Of a stretch of DNA of 64,000 nt, positions 1 through 9,500 are shown piece after piece. Position 1 is the stretch's first letter, and each line of letters begins with the position of its first letter. The notes beneath the pieces are model-generated. The model had not been told where the DNA came from and searched no databases. It saw only the letters and a program-made list of their open reading frames with translations. Location of the stretch: positions 3,472,001 through 3,536,000 of the forward strand of contig CM060731.1 of assembly GCA_030704615.1 (NCBI GenBank), in the 5' to 3' direction. The translations under genes were made by a program, and so were the position numbers. This DNA is from Takakia lepidozioides (taxonomy: Eukaryota > Plantae > Bryophyta).

Positions 1-20
1 TGCTTCTAGTGACGGCGCAG

Positions 21-200
21 CACAGCCTATCACAGCCCATCACAGTGTGGCACAGCCCATCACAGCCCATCACAGCGTGACACAACCTATCACAATCTAC
101 CACAGCGTGTCACAGGCTATCACAGCTTACCACAGTGCCACACAGCCTATCAGAGCGTACCACAGTATGACACAGCTTGTCACAGCTCAACACAGCCTAC
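21..200. repeat. Tandem array of 18 x 10-bp units (CACAGCCTAT-like) with a 30-bp higher-order period
   Basis: Read directly: cacagcctat cacagcccat cacagtgtgg ...; every third unit ends in a GTG-type variant. A related array with the same downstream flank occurs at ~35823-35970. Confidence 0.9.
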
Positions 201-452
201 CAGGGTTACACAGTCCATAGGATCCGTGACAGGTGGACGTGGGTTAACATCCGGACAGTGGCCGGCGGAAAAATGGACGGAGGCACGTTTAGAAATGGAC
301 ACGTGGACGCCAGAGAGAGACACACAACCGGACATGGATTGCAAAGGCAAGTGTCATCAAGGAAGAAGACAAAATTGGCCGTCAAAGTACCTACCCGGCA
401 CATTAACTTATTATGGGCCCATTCTCACGGACAAGCGAGCAGTATTTTGATG

Positions 453-983
453 TTATGAAGAACTACACGATTTGATGGATTGCAGTCGCGAAATTTTTTT
501 GTTGGTCTCATTAATGAAGTGACTTCCCTGATCACTGATAAATTCCAAGGGACAGCCAAATCGTGTAAGTATGTTCTCATACAGGAACCTTGTTGTGGAC
601 TTGGCTGTGTTGTCCCTCAAAGCTTTAGCTTCCACCCACTTCGTAGTATAATCAGTGGCTGTAATTATGTACCTGTTCTGTGTATTCTTGGCTAGTGGGT
701 TAATTGGTCCAACAAAGTCTAGTCCCCATTTCTGAAATGGTTCCGTAGGCATTGTAGGATGCAAAGCCATCTTCCCAGATCTCTGCAAAGGTCCTAGCCT
801 CTGACATTCATCACAACTCTGACAATACTTGTGTACATCTTTGAACAAAGTAGGCCACCAGTAACCTGCCAGTAGTATCTTCATACTGGTAGTCTCTTCT
901 CCAAAATGACCTCCAACCACTCCTTTATGAACTTCCTCCAAAACTTTATTTACTTCATGGTGGTACAAGCATCGCTTCAGCAT
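453..983 (-). pseudogene. Ty3/Gypsy integrase fragment (HHCC zinc-binding region plus N-half of the DDE core)
   Basis: H...GGHFG...YWWPTL...CDECQR, WGLDFVGP, TDYTTKWVEA, ISDQGSHF; truncated at both ends. Confidence 0.9.
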
Positions 984-1009
984 ATGGTGTTGTTCAAGGT
1001 GGGGGTGTC

Positions 1010-1513
1010 ATGATGCAAGGGCCCTCTAGTATGTCTGCTATTCCGCCTCCTGCCATAGCTGGCCAATCTATGGGGGCTCTCCCTGCTGCACAGGCTGGGG
1101 TGCCACCACATCTTGTCTCTAGCCAGTCCGTGGGTATGCATGCTAGCAATATCCCTCTTAGCAGTATCAGATCTGTGTCAACACAACCGGTGGGAGTGGC
1201 ATCCACTCTTCCCATGAGTGACATGCCACAAACCCACTTGCAGTCTACTAACCCTGCTGCTTAGCCAAGTGTGGCAATACCCGCTCTTCCCATGGGCACG
1301 GTGGCGTCACGTCTGTCAGCCTCAACTACTACAGGATCAGTCAGTAATAATAGTGTGAGTTATAATTCTGCATCTAATGTTGGATATGTGCATGGTAATG
1401 TTGCTCCCATAGTTTCCTGTTGCCCTGCTCATGGGTCTGTCCTCCCTGGTCATATCAACCATAGCCTGCCTTGTCATCTGATCCCCCAGCTGACCACTCA
1501 ACCTTACCCAGAA
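1010..1513 (+). pseudogene. 5' part of a Gypsy gag-like ORF interrupted by the MULE insertion
   Basis: The frame ending ...TTQPYPE (1513) continues in frame at 13097 as YTMGEDFDRYLQMFEVIASVNGVPENFKMTIFRMSMKG, which resembles the start of a gag capsid. Confidence 0.6.
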
Positions 1514-1715
1514 CAACGACGCAATGGCGTGAAGCGTGAACCGCGCGAGCGTACGACACCGCGTGAAGTGAGCGCGCGAGCGTACGCTCACGGAGTGAAG
1601 CGTACGCTCACGCTGACGTGCGTGAGACACCCGCTGACGTGGCGTGAGCGTCATGTCAGCATGCTGATGTGGCGGTAAATGATGACGTGGCACTGTCCGT
1701 CATCTGCCACGTCAG
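1514..1715. repeat. Left terminal/subterminal repeat region of the MULE (many CGTGA/TCACG and TGACGTGG motifs)
   Basis: Repeated gcgtga, gagcgtacg, gctcacg and tgacgtgg. The 16-mer TGACGTGGCGTGAGCG at 1635-1650 recurs exactly at 13030-13045. Confidence 0.8.
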
Positions 1716-2191
1716 CATTAACATGCGCCGCCTAAAAATAACCGTGGATGGTCCTATGACCGTGGAATTAATGCAGGGAATCTTGCCTAAATAGAATCAA
1801 GACGAGCGTTGAGGCCTACAATTGCAGCATCCAACATTGTGCAATTACAAATGCTTGTTTCACTTTTACAATTACGAGGACGAAAAAATATCCTCACAAA
1901 GTGTGCGCCATAAAGGCTGCCACGGGAAGACCTTCCTCCCTCCTCAAATAACAATGAGAGTTAGGATCATCTTCAAAAGATGATTGTAAGTGCATCAAAA
2001 GCGATGATGTATGCATAGCGACAAACGTAGACTTCGAACGGTGCAATGACAAATGTGCACTACTACCTAAAAGTTGTCACTCAGAGCTCACTCCGTATAG
2101 TTGGAGGCCATATCATTGCACCCCCGACGAATTGATGTGAATTACACATTTCAAATCATGGTCGTCCACATACCACATTGCATAGTTGATG

Positions 2192-5100
2192 CTACCCATG
2201 TGTTGTATCCCGCTGCAAAAGAGTATCGACCTCGTTGAAACTCATAGTGGCCTGGTGAATGAAGTTGTCACGTTTGGGATCGCAAACCATCCTCTTCAAA
2301 AATATGAAATACAAATGTTTGCAGGGTATGAATTTACCTCTCTTGCCCAAACTGGTTGATAGCATATTCACAAAATCAGGACATGTGCAATTGGGAAATT
2401 GGAAACCGTGATGTCGTAGGTCCTGTCATGCAGATGTGGAAGTGATGATTGTGTGAATACCCGACCATATCCTGGATCGGGTACTTCCGTGGTGCTTCCA
2501 ACACGAGCTTGGAGCATTCTTGCGGACTCCACTTTGCCAAAGTGTTCAGCGGTTGGAGGGAAACGCCGAACGAGCTTTCCATCTCGTTGGTTGGCCACAA
2601 GTCAGGATTTGCCGGGGGGACCCGGGAGGACGCAGAAGTAGTAGCACATGCATGGAGTTGGGGTTGTCTCGCAAGGGAAAAACCTGCCTCCTCCAGCATT
2701 TCAATCTCCTGAAAGCTGAGATGTGTTCCCACCTTCACGGGCCAAACGTTTGGAGGAGATGGCTTCATCACTACGGAAGGACGCACAGTTCCATGCACAC
2801 ATCTGGCACAATCATCTGCGCAGAACCAGAACTTGTGGTTCTTGGCTTCTGGTTGACCGTATGGACGCATCAAGCCCGTGAAAGTCGGAGCAGGAGTTCG
2901 GGCACCACCTCTGGATATAGATGAAGTGCACTTCTCGAAATTAGTTGCCCTGATCGCTGTACATTTCACACGAGACCCTACACTTGTGCGTTCTATGTGC
3001 CAACGTGGTCGGGGCATGCGGACTCAAGCACATCAAGGGGGTTGTTTCTCTCCTGCACCATTTCAGTGGCACTGTTTGATGCTGGAGCTTGCCGTCGTGT
3101 TGGAGGTTCCTCCACAATGGAGGTTCCGGACATGGAGCTGTCATGCAGGGGAACACGAGGCTTCGAGAAGTTATCACGGTCTGCCCTGTGGGAATCTGAA
3201 TCCGAACCAGGTGGAGTGTTCAATTTCCTCTTACAGGAGCCGAATCTCTCCTCCCCTTCAAGATGTGGAACTCTAGAAACAAGTGGCGTTCCCTGGGCAT
3301 ACATGCTCACCGCCCGTGCTATCTTGATTGGATCCCCAGATCTGTTTGCAGCACGCAACATCAACTCCCATTTGTCCGGACCCTTGCCACCAACCCCACC
3401 TCGTAAGAAATCACGGTATCGGGTTTGTTGTTGCAAGGCACGTATCAAATCATCTGTTGTTGCCACATACAAATCCCGACCTCGTTTCCCAGACTGCTGC
3501 AACCATGCGTTGTGCACAGTTTCTGCCAAATTGCAAGATGGCATGTCCGCCATTTCCTCAATGGACATGTTCTGCAAAGTGCAGAACCACACTTCAAAAC
3601 AGTGAACAGAAAACAACATAAAGAAAGCGAGGACACAAAAAATGGAAAGCAAATGTATGAAAAAGCATAAATATAAGCCTCGTACCAATGGCATGGCTGC
3701 TCCCCACTGTCTATACCGGAAGTGCCAAAACGCCAGCCAATCTTCCAATGCTCTCATACTCTCAAGTGATGCAGCTCCAGAAGAGAACCACCAGGCACGA
3801 ATTGTCTGGAACAAAGTGTCCGCCTCCTTCATTGTTCTAGCATCTTTGTACTCTTTGCACAATTTACGGTGCTGAGTCTGCATCTCTGGTTTGATGTCCG
3901 ACTTTGTATGTTTTCCAGAGATTGTGTCCAATGGAATAGACATGTACGCTCTCTTCCTCGCATTGGCACTTTTGGGTCGCCCGATCCGAAGACAATACGA
4001 ACAGCATTGAAATTTGCTTGAGCACTATCCGCCATGAAACCTGCGAAATTTGGAGATGGCAGCCCATGGCAGCCCATGACACGTATCAGGGAATTCCACA
4101 TGAGCTTCTGGGATTCCGTATCCTCGGATTGCATGTCACAAACTGCAATTGTCATAACTCGTTGGTACACTGGATCGTAGACATGACAAGCCATTGTCGT
4201 CCAATCCTTCACTCGTTTCACATGATCAAACATAAGAAAACAGTTCTGCAAGTCCCCAGTCTTCTGCATCCGCTTCACGAGGCTAACCCCACTGCCCTCC
4301 CCAACAGTCGACATTTTGAAAAGAAAAACTTTGATGGCACCTTGACCTGGGAATACATTGTCCTGGATGTAATCGTACTTGCTCACTCGTTTCAATTCCA
4401 AAATATTGTCTATGTAGCCTCTGATCCCAGAGCCCATTCTCAATGCATTGATCTGATGCCGAATGTTCGGTGAACTTAAAGTGGAGAAATGATCCATGAC
4501 CAGGTCCAATGCTGCACCGTCAAGTTTAGTCCCCACAGAATCCCCTTCACTCAAAATATGGCTTTCCAAGAAGGACTTGCTTGCGCCAAGAGCAATTGCA
4601 GATGTTGTTGCGGATGGGTTTTCTCCCGAACTCCTGTTTAATCAACCTCGATACTGTCTCAACACTCTCCCTGTAATCCCCCTTCGAGACAGGATGGTTA
4701 TGGAATCCAAAATGCACACAAGCTCTTGTCATTGTTTTCAAACGGTGGACAACATAGTACATTCTTGCTCCGCAGAGCGCCAAGCAGGATGGCACAAGTT
4801 TGCAGAATTTGCAGACGAAAGTGTTTGCCGGTGGAGGGGCAGTCCCAGGCTGAAATGGATTTTCCGCCAGACCCTCCCATTCGCTTTGATTATGAACCCC
4901 AGACTGAAGAAAGTGTCTGCAATTCAAATTATCACACCTAAGGTGTCCATTGCAAACTGTCCTCCTGAAAACAAGCTTGTCATCATTCTGAATATTGGAT
5001 GTTTTTGTTCTGCACCACGGGTGCCCGTCGTGTTTCTTGTCCATTCCATGCATCATGATTGTTACACCTCCAACTCGCGGAGGAGGAGGCAGCTCGAATA

Positions 5101-5697
5101 GGATATCGCCATCAAAAGTCTCCGGCAAGAACTTCACAGGCACCTGCTTCAAAGATTCCCAATCAATTCCCCGCAACTCACTTTTGAATCCAGCCATTCC
5201 TCCCATCGCCCGCATTTTGGAATGACACTACAAATCTCTTCTTCATCAGCTTCTCCAACCACAGTAGGAAGGACTGGATTTGGAATTTCACTTATGTCAT
5301 CATCGGAAGAATCCGAAAGCTCAACGATTGGAGTGGAGGACGTCTGTTCTTTTTTCACCACCACCTCCCTCTTGTCTTCAACGACCGAAGCAGCAGTCCC
5401 GGGCGTCACATATGACCCAAGGGACTTTCGCCGAGGCTCTCCAAGTACTCTGTATCGACCAGGACGCACTCTCCACTGGCTGATATGAGCCGTCTCATCA
5501 CGGTTTTGGAAAGAGTATTTCAACAACTTCCCTTTAAGATCGTACACCTCTTTCTCCAAAAAGATGGAGCCATTCTGCAGCTGAAAACGGGTAGCCAAGA
5601 CATGTTCCAGAACAATTGCAAATCCATTGTCAAGGACTTCCTGGGAGAACGGCACTGGTTTGTCGTCAGAGAAGAACTCCGCTTCAGAGGAAGCCAT
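2192..5697 (-). CDS. MULE-family DDE transposase (GCM/WRKY-like Zn DNA-binding domain, DDE core, SWIM finger); frameshifted in this sequence
   Basis: Stitched from ORFs 5149-5817, 4547-5215, 3829-4569, 2993-3943, 2376-3017 and 2368-2598. Motifs: DGHPW...C-x4-C-x4-C...CKFC...C...HNHP; FLMFDHVKR; FMADSAQAN; CLFHW (MULE CxxH); NLAETVH (catalytic E); SWIM CTCPDF...PCKHLYF near 2310-2390. In-frame GT-AG intron at 3685-3572; stop at 2194-2192. Confidence 0.82.
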
Positions 5698-6550
5698 CTT
5701 CCTTCCTCGCGTACGTTTGTACCTTGCTATCGCAGATCTAGTGTAAATCGGTTTACTGATGTCTCCAGAACACAGTTGAAGAATGAGCAGAGAATATGGC
5801 GGAGGAAGCTCAGACAACGACTGTGCATATTATGTTATTCTTTCCAGATATGCAGCCGTCCATTTTAATTACTTTTCTTGTGGCCCAGTGGTCAGAGTAT
5901 CCCTAGGAGCAGTGTCGGCAGCTGTTAAACCGTTAACAGAACCTCATCAATAAACCCAATAACAAAGCCGACTTCCTGGAAGCATGCCACAGGATCTGAG
6001 GATGGGATTGCAGATTAAGTAAATGTATCTTTATACTACTACCAATGATCATGCGCACCTGGAAAGTTCCAAATGTGAAACGAATGTGGGGTTTGGCTAA
6101 CAAGGATGACCGTGTATGATATTCCAAATTTGTCATCAAACTCTCGTTCATTTACATTTATTTGTGTAAGACTGTGCGCCAAGATTTCTGGGATTCGCTG
6201 TTATTTTTAAATATTGAAACCGTTCTAATAAAGAACACGCCGTTTATTTTGGGCGACACACGTCAGACATCCATAACTGAATACGAACAGCTGTACACCA
6301 ATTGCTGGCATGTGCACTAATAAGGGAACGACTATGTGTAACGGTCACGCGAGAGGGAATCCGATGCTTCTAGAGACACGCAAGAACGCAGGCAATCCCG
6401 CAAGAAATCGGGAGTCACTGCGTTTTTCTACTTTTCGCGCTTAGAGAGAGAGTGGTAGTCAAGCTGGAGAGGGTTCCTTCTACAATACGAAAGAGAAGAA
6501 AGTCTCTTTATTTTACTTCCCTTAGAGAGAGACGCAGAGCAAGAGAGCAA

Positions 6551-9500
6551 ATGACGAGGCGTCGTTTGTTGGAGAACACAGGGCCAAGGCAGCAGGTGAA
6601 CGCGGAGACTGATTCACAAGAGCAGACGGAGACTGAGGCAGCGGCTGTGACACAGTCGGCGATAAGAGTGCGCCAGCCTGTGGAGCAGAGATGATTCGCA
6701 GGGACACTGAAGGAGGTGGAAGCACGCGGAACGCCGAACCGGAGAAGGTCCAGAAACCCTAGAGCAGACAGAAATTCCAGCAGATGTGAGGGGAAGAGGA
6801 AAGCTGCAGAAGGGGATCCAATTTCAAAACCTAAGAAGGCGCCAGTAAGTTTTATCTAACTTACATTTCATTGTTGAAGATATGCGTAGAGATTGAGTGG
6901 AATGTCCCAGACAGGGATTGTCGCTACCGACCATCACAAAGGTGATTTGCTTTCTACTCCTCTGCTAAGGGTTTACCGCACAATGAGTGGGTGACTATCG
7001 GTACAGTCATTCACTGTTGTTCAGATCATACAGTCTGTCTGATTGCCTTTCAAGGAGTCCTTCCTCTTCCTTCTTTAGCAGGAACTACTGAATTGCGAGC
7101 GTCGTTATGCCATTCGATTCTCCTCATGAGATTTATGTACCTATGTGTTGAAGAGAGAGTGAGGTCGGCAACCGTCAATCATCATTTTCAGACCATACAG
7201 TCTGTCTGATTGCCTTCAAGCAGTCCTTCCTCTTCCCATGCTGGCGACGGTAATCACAGTGGAGTCAATCTGAATAATCTGCACTTACTGTCCGCCCTAA
7301 ACTATACTGAATGTCGTTGCCGCCAATCACTTGCACATAGATGTCATTACACAACACCGATCCGGCAGGTCGTTATCTTTTGTGATTGTCGTTAACGCCG
7401 TTCGCTATCGCTCTCGCTTTTGTTTTGAATACGGCAGTATCAGCTTTGCTGTGTAGATTGTGCTGAATTGTTTCACACCATTCATAGTGAGTTTCTTGAG
7501 ACAGAGTGATGGTCGTTACCGCCATTCACTATTTGCAAATTACTCAGTCAGAACTGAATGGCATCGTGCAGAAAACTGTGAGGTCGAAGCCTACAGGATC
7601 AGAGGGGAAAGGATCTGGAGATGGGGACGAGTCCGCAAAAAGCTCAGAGAATACAGATGAAGCAGATGAATCTGAAGTGCACTACCTTGACAAGGTGAAA
7701 GAACTCATGTCATTCCAGAAGGTAAACTCTCAGGAGGTTATAAGGGACATGCTCGTATCTGGAGGGCGTCTGGACATCCCTCTGTGCCGGATGATATCAA
7801 TGCCTGTTGTGCGTCCACCTCTTTCCCATGACATAACAAAATTGGAGAGTGATTTTGTGCATGGATATAGACTTGGTGCACAAGTTTTTTATGTGTCACT
7901 GACGGATATAAATGGGAAAAGCACATTAGTGTCTCCAGAGATCAGTGATAACTGGGATGAGTGCTGGAAAGATGCCAATGAGGAGTTCGAGCTGGGCCTC
8001 ATGATGGGAAAGAACACCCAGCAATTCTGCAACCACATGTTCTACGTCTGGGACGGCAACCACCGATTGCTGGCATGGATGGGATACATTCAGAAACACC
8101 ATGCGAAAGACAAAGACAAGCATGTTGTTGTGGAGGCAATGGTTTTGGATCCTGGAAACGACATCGCTAGGCTTCTTACAGCTATGCACGACGTGAACAA
8201 GTAAGTCATCCAGGAGATTTCATTCCCTCTGTAGTGTCTTATTAATCCTCAAAAAACAGTGTTAAGGAATGCAATGTTTCCAATGTTTTTGCAGATCGAC
8301 AGAGAAATCGCATGTGACAACAAGCTTGGTTCACACACTATTCCGAATTCAGAGGATTGGTCTGATGAAGCTGGATGATTTTCGGACAGTACTACCACCC
8401 AATATCATCAAGAAGTGCGAAACAGGAAGAGCTGCAGGCACTTGGTATTCTTTGACACGAGAGGCGTTTCTGGAGTACATGTATGCGGTAAGCCCGAGTC
8501 TGTACTCTGTTTACTTTTCGAATACATGTTTGTAGTCCCTTCGGAGCTAATCACTACTTGAATCAATGCAGCAAGAACTGGCAGAGGCAGCTGAGAAGGG
8601 AAAATCCGAATATTACCGCACTACACACCAGAGGAACTAAGGACATCAAAGGGTGTGGAAGCTGCAATAAAGAAGGAGTTTGAAATGCGAAGAACCAAAT
8701 TGATGTCCGCCTTCGGAAAGCAGCTTAGAATAGTAGATCCTGGACTTGGTCCTGAGTTCCTTCAGCAGATCAAAACACACTATGACAAGCATGTGCATCC
8801 GGAGATGCAGCAGGAGAAATTGCACCGGCTGGCCATATCGATGGTCGACCCACAAACAAAAATAAGGTGGCTGGAGATATGGAACTCAGATCAAACAGTA
8901 AAGGACTTGAATCAGTTCCCAAAGAGCACCATACAGCCTGGCACAAAGGTGGAAGGAATCAGTGATTTGGTGTTTGATAACTGGCTCCACAAGGCTACAT
9001 TTTGGAGTCAGGTGTGTATTCAAACATGCCGTTTTCTTCTCTTCAAGTATGTGATGAGTATCTTATTTGCAATTCTGACAAATATACAATTTGCAGCTCG
9101 AAAAGCGCGTCGTCATTGTGCTGGATCAGACTTTGAAGGACCTGAACATTTCGATTGTTTCCCCTCCCCAAATGTCATTGGAGGCATACATAAGGAAGTG
9201 GAGAGGTCTCACCTGGAGATACTGTTTTTTCCGGGAGTTCTCCAAAGATGGTAACATTTTACGGTCCAACGACTTTGACAGTCAGGTTGGAGGAGAGTGG
9301 GCCATGATGCGAGTTGTGTACAGGTGCAATGTCATACTTGAAACTCTACTGTTTTTTTTGGAAAAAATGTGGCTTCATAAGGATTGCAATCATAGATCCA
9401 GATTGAATGTCGTTGACGACATTCACTTCTTTGTCTGAGTCATTCTTAAGCGAGTATATGAATTCACCTGGTTAGGATCTAAGGTGTAATTATAGTGTCC

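Noticed and set aside
2449-5868. Plus-strand ORFs such as 2997-3605 and 4496-5101
   Set aside because: Antisense shadows of the transposase with no motifs of their own.
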